Assembly (NCBI RefSeq): GCF_037042905.1
Contig: NC_087251.1
Location: forward strand, 36,024,001 to 36,088,000
Source of the DNA: Lytechinus pictus
Lineage: Eukaryota
DNA length: 64,000 bases
Reading direction: 5' to 3'
The position numbers were made by a program, and so were the translations under genes. The notes below the pieces were generated by a model. The model saw nothing but the letters and a program-made list of their open reading frames with translations. It was not told the origin of the DNA and did not search any database. Below are positions 1 to 12,358 of this stretch, in pieces (position 1 is the first letter of the stretch; every line of letters begins with the position of its first letter).

Positions 1-627
1 CCAGCCACGTGAAGTTTATCGTCAGTGCATATCGTCTGCTGCTATTTGTTGAGTTGATTTGCCTTCAGATTCAGATATATTCACTTGTTTGTAAGTACAG
101 TTATATCATTATTTTCCTTCTATAGAGTAAATTTTATTGACCGAGGGAAGAGACTCTGTCTGGATGGTCAGGCTGGAATTCATTTTCATGGATTTATTTT
201 GACCCCTTATTTTCCTCCATCCACGTCACTAGAGCTAGAAACTTCATCATCATTCTCTTTATCTTCAAAATCATCAATTTGAAAATCCAAAATCTAGATA
301 AACTTCTGGGTTTTCTTTCATTTCGTGATCGAAGTATGCAGTGACAGTGGAGAAAACGTACCCTCGCAACAGGTTTTGCATGCAATGGAGCTTGACGTGG
401 GAGAGCCAATCACATCTCATGTACACTCATACACGTCATCAAATTCGAGTCAATTCAGAGACCGATGGGAGGCGTATTTCGGACAGGCATTTTAGCGCTT
501 TTTAATTGGCGATTTCCACCTTATGTATTACTTTCGTTATTTTTGAATGACCAAATGATAATCCCCACATCATGACCTTTCCACTGATATATAATAAGGC
601 CATATTCATAATCAATATATTTCTCCT
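1..627 (-). mobile_element. Right end of a Kolobok-like DNA transposon remnant (left end outside the window)
   Basis: Ends in TTCTCCT followed by TTAA (628-631). Subterminal CCAAT and TGACGT motifs, and a decayed acidic reading frame pointing inward. Confidence 0.4.
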
Positions 628-1520
628 TTAAAGACTTTCTCATGAAATAATAGTTTCTTGCAACTACTATCTTTTACCTTTAACCAATAAAAAGAAGCTT
701 AAAGTTAAACTCTTGTACTAGTTACAAGAGAAAATAAAAAGTTCACAGAATTGAACAAAACTTATATGGAATTATGAATGATAAAAGATATGAATAAGTG
801 AAAACATTTTTTCAGGAAAATATATAATTACAAAGTAATGAGCAAATGAAGATCACAAAAAAATCCTGAAAAATGCCTGTCTATTTATTTTGTAGTCCCA
901 AATTGGAAAGAAATGACAAAGAAGTCGGGTGAAATTCAATTGAAATGGATGACAACATAACTAAACTGTAAACAAGGCTGAATGTGCATAGCTAAACTGA
1001 ATAAATTTAACAGAGTAAAGGAAACCTAAATGTCAAATAAACTGTTCTACCTTATCTCAATATGCTCTTAATTAAGTAATTACATTGGCCTTTGTATTTT
1101 CTGATCAAAGATCATATTTCTGAATCCTGCCCCCAAACTGTGTGTTCTACTGCAATGCAATTTTGATAATAAAAGTCACAATATGAAATTCAAACATTTG
1201 ACTTAACAATGATACGAGATTCATTGAATTATTTATTACAATTCCCCTAGAAAATATGAGTGCACTACAACTACAACAAAATTAATTCTACACTGATTTT
1301 ATACTGCTTATATTAATAGTAGAGACATAGACTACCAGAAATCAGGAAATATGCACCCCATTCCACAATATTTGTTATCAATAACAAATGGATTTTCTAA
1401 TTCCATTTTGCTTTTAATGGAAAAATTCTTTATCAGATTTCTGTAATTTTGTGGAATTTTGAAACTGCATCAGTTATTAATAAAATTGTATTATTTTCCT
1501 GTCTGATTTTGACCTTATAG

Positions 1521-1673
1521 CTTGGAAGAGCTGATAAATTAGCGATGGATTTCGGTGGCAGTGACGAAACATCTCGGGAGAATATGATCAAGAGCCATTA
1601 CACATCTAGACTATCAGAACTAACTACACATCAACAGATTTGCGACAGTAAAGGAGTCAACTTCAGCGCAGAG
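1521..1673 (+). CDS. PPP1R21: Internal coding exon of PPP1R21 (FERRY complex subunit Fy-2) orthologue, C-terminal coiled-coil region
   Basis: Acceptor ttttgaccttatag| and donor GAG|gtatgt; 153 nt, phase 0/0. Translates LGRADKLAMDFGGSDETSRENMIKSHYTSRLSELTTHQQICDSKGVNFSAE, matching the recalled vertebrate PPP1R21 segment SREDLIKNHYMARIVELTSQLQLADSKSVHFYAE. Confidence 0.9.
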
Positions 1674-1693
1674 GTATGTCAATACATTAGTAA

Positions 1694-1726
<33 letters not shown>

Positions 1727-1728
1727 GT
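1694..1728. repeat. (TG)n microsatellite
   Basis: tgtgtgtg... run starting 20 nt after the exon donor site. Confidence 0.9.
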
Positions 1729-3828
1729 GCCTACTTATAATCACCCTGTAATCGGGGACAAAATTGTGACACTCCACTATCACACTGAGGACATCACTAA
1801 AAACTGGAATGGTCCCTATTTTTGTGAACTCTCAAATAGCTGCAAATCTAAGGTAGGTGGTGCCAAAGTACTTTTGAAAATGGCCCAAATCATGCATTTG
1901 TATGCACCCTAAAGTCCCGCCTACTAGTGAATTGTCGTACACAATGATGCAGAGGGGAGTGTGTCCCCACTTATATACAGAGTATGTTTTATAATGTTCC
2001 TGTTTGGCAGGAATTGCAATTATATGTGTGTGTATATGTGTATATGGATGAATGATGATATTTCATTTGTATTACAATTAAAACTACATGATTGTTTGTT
2101 GACTGTCTATAAGCAATGAATCGTGTTTTGGTTTACATAAACTAAACTTTGGAAAAAAAATCAATTTCGTCACTGATTAATCCTTGAATTTTGTTTAAAT
2201 ATGAAATTATTATTATTTCTTTTTACAGTTTGAAAATTTCAAATCTTGATAGATCTATTTGGCATGATCAGTTTTTAAATCACCCCCCCCCCCCACACCG
2301 TATGATTAGCCTACTACCTGAATTTTCAATAAAACGTTATAACAATTGATGGGAAGATTGAATCATGGAGCGAAGAGGAGGCAAAAATTCTGAATCATCC
2401 AATGAATACTTAATAAGAATTAATTACCATTTCATCTCTCTTCGTAATTATAAAAGTAAATTGAGATAAGAATCATAATGGTGTCACAGCAATCATACGA
2501 TTAGCTACGATTATTAGCCTATTTGGCCATTACTGCGAACTAAAGACTTGTAATTATTAAACACTTCAGTAGAAGTATTCTAATAGTTATTATTAGAAAA
2601 TGTTTGAAATCCCATTGTTCCCAAAACAGGTCGTAGACCAGCTGTACAGTATGCAGTTGCCCTAAGTAATCTAGCGACAGCGTGCAGGCATGTATATCAG
2701 ATAATGCAAATTACGTAGTTCAAGTCATTGTTATTTCACTTTATACCCCCCCTCCCCACCTTCCTTATCAATTTTGTATGTAAATTTTATTCCAATGATT
2801 GTATTTAAATTATTCTAGAAATACTGCTATAAAGAGACTCCGAGGGAGCAGCGTTTTACGAAGGACTTTGTCTGAGGTTGTCTGTATTCATGAGTGACTT
2901 TGTTGTTGTTGAGTGGATGTGTATTTAACTTAAATGACTGATGTAGGATGTGAACATCATGTGCTGAATGCCAGTCAATAGAGACAATGAACAAGTAATC
3001 AGTGTTTTAATTGCAACAATTTGTCGAAAAGAATACTCTGTAGAATGTTGCATGTGTAGTCGAAACCATCAGAACTGCCTGATAGTAATAGCCCAGTTAA
3101 TGTTTAGTACATATCACATTTTGATATAATGATGCTATGCACTTCCAAAGGACTTTGAGAATATTATCCTGGATTTAGCCGCACAGCAGAGGAATATAAT
3201 ACACTTGTAAAGAGGGAAAGATATCCCTTCTAAAACATCATTCATTCAAACATATACTATCCAAATGTACCAGTCTTTCCAAAGTTAAATCTAAACCTAT
3301 TCTTTTTTATTCTTGCATTACCGGTATTGTAAAGGATTGTATTCTTATTTCCATATACTTTTTTTTAAATTATTATAAAGAATGACTTGCATCAGGTATT
3401 TGACAAAATGCATCTGAAACACGAATTCATTGAAAGGCTTTGAATTTAAGAACAACTCTAAACAAAAAGTTGGCCCAAAATTGTCATAAAAACACACACT
3501 ATTCATAAGTTTATGATGTAATTCATCTATGGTTAATATTACTTAAAAGTGCTTGTAGCTTCATTGCTTTTACATATTCATATGAGCAAGAAATTAAAAT
3601 CAGATATTGTAATTTGATGGTGAATATAGCTCTTCATTGATCCGTTTGAGACATAATTCAGTGTCAAGCATTCCAGGAAATCACATGATTTTACATGGTT
3701 TTTCAAAGGTCACATGATTTGTCATGGATTCCATGAATTATTTCTCATCATGTTCAAGGTGACCTTCTGAAATGATATTATCCCCAATGTCGGGAAGTCC
3801 TCCAGACACAAACAATTGCTGGAAACTT

Positions 3829-3960
3829 GGGGAGCATTTCCAACAGCTAGAGATTTTCACTGACATGTGTTATAAGCTACTGAATTCCTTGCATCTGATT
3901 GGCTGAGAGAAAATGAGTGAGTGAAAACCAATGACAAAACTCTTCATGAAAATGCTTCCT
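3829..3960. mobile_element. Short MITE-like repeat with a central CCAAT (GATTGGCTGAG)
   Basis: GGGGAGCATTT...AAATGCTTCC termini. An inverted homologue lies at ~4810-4948, with relatives at ~9721-9870, ~29523-29681 and ~33821-33975. Confidence 0.6.
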
Positions 3961-5094
3961 TACACTGCGTAGGTGTCTGATGATACATAAGTAATAGGTT
4001 GTACCATTCTGATCATAGGGGTGTTGAATTGAAGAACAATGCAAGATTTATTAATCATCACATCCACTCATACATCTTGTAAGAATGGAATAATCCAGAG
4101 ATGTGGTTAGCTGAACTGATATTGAAAATGAAAGTAATCTGGCGCCCAGACATAGGAAAGACATAAGCTACAGGTGATGTAACGCAGAGACAAGGAAACA
4201 CTCAAAAACCGCCTAATGAGTCCAAGTTTCTATAAATGCCATTTGCAGACAAATAACAAGCGGTCTAATGAGGTTTGTCAGACAATATCATGGTCATAAG
4301 TCTGAAGAAGTGTGCGTGATGAGAATATAGAGCTCGTTTGCTTAGCTCCACCATGGTTAATCAATGATCAAATGGCCTTAAATGAAGAATATATGGTCTC
4401 TTGTGAGGTATTTTGTTTTTGTAATGGAACATTTAATGACCGTGGTTAAAGATTGCATTTTTTGCATAACAGTTAACACACTTCATCTTGAATTAGCTTG
4501 TACTGGATGTTTGGGATCGGATGATCACCCTACTTTGAAGTGGAAGATGCCAGAGCATGCCTTGAAAAAAATGCTGCAATAAGTCATTAACAATGCTCAT
4601 TTGTTATACTTGTAGGGGGTGGCAGAATTAAGGTGGATCAGTTGTAGGAAATACTTTGAGAATAATTGAAAATAGTATAGTATATTATAGAAGTTTGTAA
4701 ATGATCCACAGATAATTGCACCTCTATGTTACAAGTAAATGAGGAGCAGTCTGGGTAAACTTTGCCCTTTAAAAATAAAATTTGAAAACAGATCTTGTAG
4801 GACTTAAGAGCATTAATAAATGAAACAAATAGTCTGTGATTTTCACTGACAATTTTTCTCTGAGCCAATCATATGCAAGAATTTCAGTAGCTTATAACAA
4901 TAGTCAGGGGAAAATCGCTGACTATTTCGTTGCATGAAATGCTCCCCTTGTTATTGGGTAAGAAATTGTTCCTTGATTCATCATTGTGCTGTTGGTTGTT
5001 TTTCATTCATTATTTTCAAGCTAATGAATAATTAGGTCAACCCAGCATGGTATCGTGTGAAAGGGGTCTGCATGGTGTATTATGAAGGGGGCTA

Positions 5095-6180
5095 CAGTCA
5101 GACCGCAGGTCCCTATGCTAATGAGCAAAAAGGCCAGATTCATCCAAATCATCTCGTGGCTGAATCCTCCTCCTTGCAAAATCTCGTGATTCGAGAGATT
5201 TTCTTTCTCTAAGAATTTACCTGTTTTAACCTCAAGTTAAATGAAATATTATTGCACCATCAGATAGAGTAAAAGTTACTCTTTCATATTGGTCATTTAT
5301 TTTGTATACAATATTTTGTTAAATAAGTAAATTTCTGGCCTGAAAATGTGCCTCAAAACTGAATTTTCTTCCTCTGTTTTCTTTTGCAAATTGTGCAAAA
5401 CTTTTTTATTTTGAGCCTCAATGATATCTATATCCCAATAAAGCTGAACTTCTGTACTTTCTCACAATGCCACTCTTGATATGCGGCACCTTTTAATCGG
5501 GTCAAGATCACACTTTTCCCACCAAGGTACAAGACGAGATTTCTGAAATTTTGTACTTGCATGAAATCCAGAGTTCTGATTGGCTGGATAAGGTTCACAG
5601 AACAACAAGCGCGGGGTATTTGAGGAGATTACCACATAGGGAGGGGTGAGCTTCCCACGAACCCAGGCACTGGAACCGTTGGAATTTGCCATTGTGTGGT
5701 CTTTTTGACCAATCATAGTGCAGTATTCTTGTTTTCAAGCTGCTTTATGTACTTGGCAAATGAAAAGTGTGATCTTGACCCGATTAAACCAATTCTTATT
5801 TTGAAACCTATATCATTTCAAAGCATACATATTCAGCTTTATCATGATATAAAAATCATTTGGGCTCAAACAAAAATAAAGTGTGAAAATAGCAGCTTTT
5901 ATCAGGTAAAAATATTTATTTTGTAGCATATTTTGGATCAAAATTTTAACCTATATTACAAAATCTTTGAATAAATCCAAACACATGACGTAAAAGAATG
6001 ATTCTTCTTTTTTACAATGGTACCAAATTCATGAAATTCGATGCACAATTAGAAAAGCAATGACCGAATGAAAAGAGGTGTTTTGGTCCGCATCAAGATC
6101 ATTAAATATGCAAAACATCTCAAGTCATGAATATCACTTGGATGAAAGAAGCCACTTTCTTGGGACCTGCAGTCTGACTG
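5095..6180. mobile_element. Non-autonomous TIR DNA transposon with 4-bp TSD (possibly Academ-like)
   Basis: TIRs CAGTCAGACCGCAGGTCCC / GGGACCTGCAGTCTGACTG (18/19 match); GCTA on both flanks (5091-5094, 6181-6184). Confidence 0.85.
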
Positions 6181-6264
6181 GCTAACTTTGGATGTCTCTA
6201 CACATGCACCCAAACAATATTGTGTTGTTTCTCTTCTGTGAATTGAAATGTTGACGCATCTTCA

Positions 6265-6722
6265 TTAAACGGGAAGTTCACCCTGACAAAAAGTATATTG
6301 GAAAAATACAAAAACATTGTTGAAGGTTTGAGGAAATCCTTCAAAGATTAAGAAAGTTATTAGAATTTAAAGTGTTTGATTGGTGACATCATATTCAAGC
6401 AGCTGCCCCATATGTTATATAACATAAAATGAATAGATTTCAATTTTTAATGGTTTGTGATGACTAAATATTTGTTTCTTCAGGTGTGGGTGTAAAATGA
6501 TTTATTTGTTGATAAGATTTACTGAAGGTATAAAAACCATTTTCAATTTGTTGAGAAAATGACAATTTTTTTTACTACATGATATGTCACAAATAAAAAA
6601 CTTAAATACCTTTTTAAACTTTGATGGATTTTTCTCAAACCATCACCAATATTTTGTTATTTATTAAATTTTTTGTTGCTATTTTTACAATTAACTTCTT
6701 GTCAGGGTGAACTTCTCCTTAA
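6265..6722. mobile_element. Kolobok-type MITE (coordinates include the TTAA TSDs)
   Basis: TTAA-ACGGGAAGTTCACCCTGACAA ... TTGTCAGGGTGAACTTCTCC-TTAA, with long imperfect inverted arms. Confidence 0.8.
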
Positions 6723-7937
6723 TGTGCATGTGCTCAATGTCTTCTAACTGAAGTATAATGGAGTTGATATAATCGAGAATGTGAATGTCTGACCACCGCC
6801 ACCCCTCATGCGATGATTCATTTCAATCAATGTCTCTGCCTACATGTACCTCTCTCTCTCTCCCCCCTGTCCATCTTTCCTCTTCCTCTCTCTTTCTCTC
6901 TTTCTGTTGTCCGTCAGATGCAATCTAAATTAATCTCTCTGACTTTCCATGTTCGGTTGATCAATTACATGAAGCATGTTTCTGGGTCGTCGTTCCAGTA
7001 AAAAACTAGAGTGAATGCCTGTTTCTTAAGCCCATACATGGTCTGTCGCTAGAATGTCTCCTCTGACTATTGTTTAAAAGTACCGTGACTTCCCAGCCTG
7101 CATTATTACCTACGTAGGATAAGCGATCAAGGAGAAATTCTACGTAAATGGGTATTAATGTTCTTTGCATCGTCAAGCGCAAGGCTGCGTCGTCATCTCC
7201 ATGTTTCAATTTAGGCTTCATCAAGTTAAGAACCCCTGATGAAACTAATATCTGTGTCAAAAGCCCCAGAGTGATAAGGGTAAAGTGTGTTAATAGGTCG
7301 ATGGTTTAATGTATTTGATGATGGGCTTGAGCTCTGAAGGTTACAGACTCTTTAATGATGACCTTCACCAAGGCAGTCAAGTGTATCATGAGTGTATAAA
7401 CTGCTTGAAATGCACATCACCTCGTGTACTTGTGCATAGCCTTCTTGACATTGCAAGGGTTGCCCTTATTGGGAAACATAATAAGCCATTGTCTCGGTTA
7501 TATTTCAGAGCGTATTTCCAGCAAAAACTGTATGCCATTATTTTACATGTATTTCAGAAAATATAACTTGCAAAGAAATATATGCCATCATAATTTTATT
7601 TCACTATTTGATCCTCTTAGGGTGATGCTATTGTATGAAGTTACCCATTAACTATACCCATTAACTATAAATTAGTTTTTAGAAAATTGTTTATCTGTAA
7701 TTGCGATTTGAAATGGTTTGACTGTTGGACAAAGAGGCAGCTCGAGATAAAGCTTAGGTTGCACTTTGTATCGCGTGAAAAAAATCACTTTCTGAATCCA
7801 ATTAATTGTTATATTACATTTGATGATCAGTTTGATAATTGTTCCTGAAAGTAACAAGAGGGAGAAACAAAGGTTTGGGAAGAGATAATGTAAAAAGGAG
7901 AGGGCTCTGTTATATTGATAGAAACCCAGGTCAAAAA

Positions 7938-8571
7938 ACCAGTTAAGGACCAGTTCATCCAACTGGTACTGGTACCAGTTGATTCCAGTTAGCGAACTGG
8001 ATTCAATATGGAAATTGGAATACTGGAATCAACTGGAATCCAGTTGATTCCAATACTGGAATCAACTGGAATCCAGTTGACAAATTGTAACTGGTACCAG
8101 TTGGAAATACCAGTTGGCAACTGGTCCTAACTGGTACCAGTTAGCAACTGGTACCAGTTGACAACTGGTCCTAACTGGTACCAGTTAGGACCAGTTGGAA
8201 ACATGAGTTGTCAACTGGTGCCAGTTAAAACCAGTTGGAAACACCAATTGTAAACTGGTGCCAGTTAGGACCAGTTGGAAACATGAATTGTCAACTGGTG
8301 CCAGTTAAAACCAGTTGGAAACACAAATTGTCAACTGGTGCCAGTTAGGACCATTTTGAAACATGAGGTGTCAACTGGTGCCAGTTAAAACCAGTTGGAA
8401 ACACCAATTGTCAACTGGTGCCAGTTAGGACCAGTTGGAAACATGAGTTGTCAACTGGTGCCAGTTAAAACCAGTTGGAAACACCAGTTGTCAACTGGTG
8501 CCAGTTAGAACAAGTTGGAAGCACCAGTTAGGACCAGTTGGAAACATAAATTGTCAAGTGGTACCAGTTAG
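7938..8571. repeat. Left subterminal repeat array, with a core of 40-bp units
   Basis: Unit TCAACTGGTGCCAGTTA(AA/GG)ACCAGTTGGAAACA(CCAAT/TGAGT)TG repeats in 40-bp register at ~8171-8520. Confidence 0.95.
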
Positions 8572-9939
8572 AAACACCCTGCAATGTATAGCATAAACAA
8601 AAATGAATCATGTGGATATGTATATTCCCGATCTTTTACTCTTCTCGTATAATCACTCCTTCGTTTTCCTTGCGCACACACACATTAGAATATTGGTACC
8701 AACACCCCCCCCCCCCCTCTCAGGCGGTTATTTCAATTATAAATTATCTTCAATTATCTTTACATTGAATGTCCACTCCTGTTATAACAATGTGCAAGGA
8801 CAAGTGAAATAATTATCCTTGCACATAGGACTGATGAAATGAATCAAGGTAAATTTGTAGCATTGTATTGAAACCTTGTTAATTTCCACATGCACAATAT
8901 AACAGGATTGGACTGTAAACTTGCTCTGGTAAATCAATCCCTCAGTCTCTTGAAATCTGTACCAAAAAACATCAGAGAATGACAAAAGTCACAAAAAACA
9001 TCTATATGGTATTTAAACTAGGAATTTAATGAAAGAAAATTATGTTACAAACTGTAACATGCTGTGTATAATTCTTGTATTATGTGTCAACAAAGATCAT
9101 TAACTTACACAGTAAATATGTAGTCAATCCAATTTTTACATGCTAGCTTGGAGACAAAATTTGAATATAATGCATCTAAGCATTTACCTTCAATAAATAA
9201 TATGTACTATTTTTAAAGGAATAATAAAGGAGTCTTTTTTTAATTATTATTTATTGAGATCTTGGGGCCCTCACTGGCTCTGAAGAGGAAACGTGAAACA
9301 GACACCTTCCTTTCCTGTAGTGGCACTTGATCTTTGCTGGTAGATGCGATGTATCTGAAGATTAGAAGAAAAAAACCAATGGAATGAAAAATAATAAGTA
9401 CAGTGAATACCGTAATACAAAATTTCAGTGGTGTAAAATTATATCTGCACATAAAGAAAATACATGGGATAGTGAAACTTCTCTAAGTTCCATATTTCAA
9501 TGATTCAATTATAAATGATAGACAGCACATCATCATTTTTATTACAACATGTATAGTAAGTTCACATGGTCTTGGGAATACTTCTGAAATTGACATCGCA
9601 GAGATGAAATTGCCTCGACCTTATACCTATACATTTATTTTAATAATAAAGACTTAGACTATGTATGTTTGCATATATGTATCTAGGAGTCTATGTTGCA
9701 CATTATCTGCTAACATCTGATGGGTATTTCATGATTGTCAGTGCCGACTATTTCAGTGAAATCATTGCTTTTGATTGGCTGAGAAGCACTGGCCTCTGAC
9801 TGTTACTATGGTAACTGTCGGAAAAAGACAACTTGTTAATGCTGACAACTTTCAAAAAGCAGTTCCCAGAACATGTTTAAAAACGCAAGACAAAGCAAAA
9901 AAAAAAAAAATGAAATACAAAATTTTATCCGAGGATTAA

Positions 9940-10527
9940 AGGGATGGTCCGGGCCGAAAATATTTACATCTAAATAATACTTGAGTAAAATTCACAGAGC
10001 AAAATGATGAAAATTTCATCAAAATAGGATAACAAGAAGTTATTGAATTTTAAAGTTTATCAATATTTTGTGAAAACAGTTGTATGCACTTCGTCATGAA
10101 TATTCATTAGGTGGGCTGATGTCACATCTCCACTTTCCTTTTTTTTTATGTTACTAGATGAAATCATAAATGTTTGATTTTTTCATACACGTGTAAATGA
10201 TGCGTCTCCATTGTAATGAAATAAGTTGCGTCAATAACTAATGCACCTAATCAGTTGTCAATCCAATTGTCAATAGTTCTTGGTTAAAAATATCTTAATA
10301 AACCTAATCTCATATAATAAAATACAAAAGGGCAATTGGGATATGACATCATCAGCCAACCTAATGAATATTCATAAAGACATGCCTAGAACTATTTCAC
10401 CGGAATAATGCAAATCTTTAAAATTCAAAACCTTAATTAGTTATCAAATTTTGATCAAGTTTTCAGCATTTTGCTATGTGAATTTTACTCTATTTATTGA
10501 GATATGTTTCCAGCCTGGACCATCCCT
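9940..10527. mobile_element. Kolobok-type MITE nested in the CACTA element
   Basis: TTAA|AGGGATGGTCCGGGC ... GCCTGGACCATCCCT|TTAA; same family as 41677-42200. Confidence 0.9.
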
Positions 10528-10825
10528 TTAATTCTACTTCTACGGTACCCCCACACATACTGGTAAGTCAGAGGTAAAAAACAACGAGAACCAATTTAAT
10601 TTCAAAGATAAAAAAATACTTCAGCCTCCAGATTTAAGAAAAAATTCAGGAAATGTTATTTTAGTTCAGACTAATTGTGCACGTTTCATTTCGGAGGTCA
10701 ATCTGAAATTATACTTCCAGTTTTAAATTCACGCCATTTGGTTATGCAAAAGCATGAATTAAAATTGATGGGCATGGGCCCATGTCACTGGCTAGCCTAG
10801 AGGACTCCATGAAGATAATTTTATC

Positions 10826-11875
10826 ATTTTTACATTGTATTTTCATCACGGAGCCTAGACAAGCCTCCTATAAGGTTGCTCGTACAACTGTGTAAACAAA
10901 GATAGATTTCCCTCAGAAATCCACCTTTCCCATAATGATTTTTGGGCAAACATTAAATTTTTACATTTTGTAAGCCTTGATACTCTAAATGTGTACAAAG
11001 GCTTTAAAAAAAATTAATTGTAAAATGTACAAATTGGAAATTTTCTTACAAAAAGGATCACTTGCTTGCAGATCTAGTCCTCACTGCCTCTGAAGAGTTC
11101 ACGTGCGACAGGTACATTCCTTTCCTCTACTGGCACACATTATTTGCTGGTAGATGCGATGTATCTGAGGAATTTTTTTCAAAAACAATGGAGAGAAAAA
11201 TAATCAGTACAGTGAACAACAGCGAATAACAAATACATCTATATTACAGTGAATAGCAATACATGTCTACACCTTAGGCGGGCAAGGGTTACTACAGAGT
11301 GTTGTAAAATTCCATTTGCACTTTAAGAAAAATACATGGGATTGTGAATCAATTTTTACATTGTATTTTCATCACGGAGCCTAGACAAGCCTCCTATAAG
11401 GTTGCTCGTACAACTGTGTAAACAAAGATAGATTTGATTTTTCCTCGGAAATCCACCTTTCCCATAATGATTTTTGGGCAAACATTTAATTTTTACATTT
11501 TGTAAGCCTTGATACTCTAAATGTGTACAAAGGCTTTAAAAAAAATTAATTGTGAAATGTACAAATTTTCTTACAAAAAGGATCACTTGCTTGCAGATCT
11601 TGTTGTCCTCACTGCCTCTGAAAAGTTCACGTGCGACAGGTACATTCCTTCCCTGTACTGGCACACGTTCTTTGCTGGTAGATGCGATGTATCTGAAGAA
11701 TTTTTTTTAAAACAATGGAGAGAAAAATAATCAGTACAGTGAACAGTGAATAAAAATACATCTATATTACAGTGAATAGCAATACATGTCTACACCTAAG
11801 GCGGGCAAGGGTTACTACAGAGTGTTGTAAAATTCCATTTGCACATTAAGAAAAATACATGGGATTGTGAATCAA
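10826..11875. repeat. Near-identical tandem duplication, ~525-bp unit x2
   Basis: ATTTTTACATTGTATTTTCATCACGGAGCCTAGAC begins at 10826 and 11352. An older, partial third copy lies at ~9265-9605. Confidence 0.95.
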
Positions 11876-12358
11876 TGATTCAACTATAATGATAAACAGC
11901 ACATCATCATATTTATTTAAAAAATGAGTAAGTTCACTTGGTCTTGGGAATACTTCTGAAATCGATGTCGCAGAGATCAGTCCTTCATGTTTATAATTCC
12001 ATGGAGCTCAATAAATGGCTCTCCTTATGCCTCCGAATTTGCTTTCCTAGACACACTCAATTTTATAAAATGCTCAATTGTTGTAGATTGTTATTAAAAT
12101 TGTAAATGCAACAGCTGTGTAGCTATTAATTAATCTGTGGTGAAACTAGGCTTGGGTCATGTACAAAAATATCGCGCTCCTCAAAAAAAAAATTATAAGT
12201 AGGGTGTCCGAACTCATATTAGGCCTAAAAAAAGTGCTAGAATTTCATATTTTACTTCTTTAAAACCATTAAATCACCATCTCTTTTCCATAATTCTCAT
12301 AATAGAAGATACACAAAGACCCCAAAAGAAAACTTGACATCTGAATTACCTAACTTAC

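Noticed and set aside
1545..1751. 68-aa ORF as a standalone gene
   Set aside because: It is the PPP1R21 exon read through its donor site into the (TG)n repeat.
7938..8571. CRISPR-like array
   Set aside because: Tandem units without unique spacers, in eukaryotic DNA; these are transposon subterminal repeats.
9420..9540. Box C/D snoRNA on the minus strand (ATGATGA...CTGA)
   Set aside because: No rRNA-antisense element recognised, the D box is not kept in the duplicated copy near 11820-11910, and the segment contains a splice-acceptor-like site instead.
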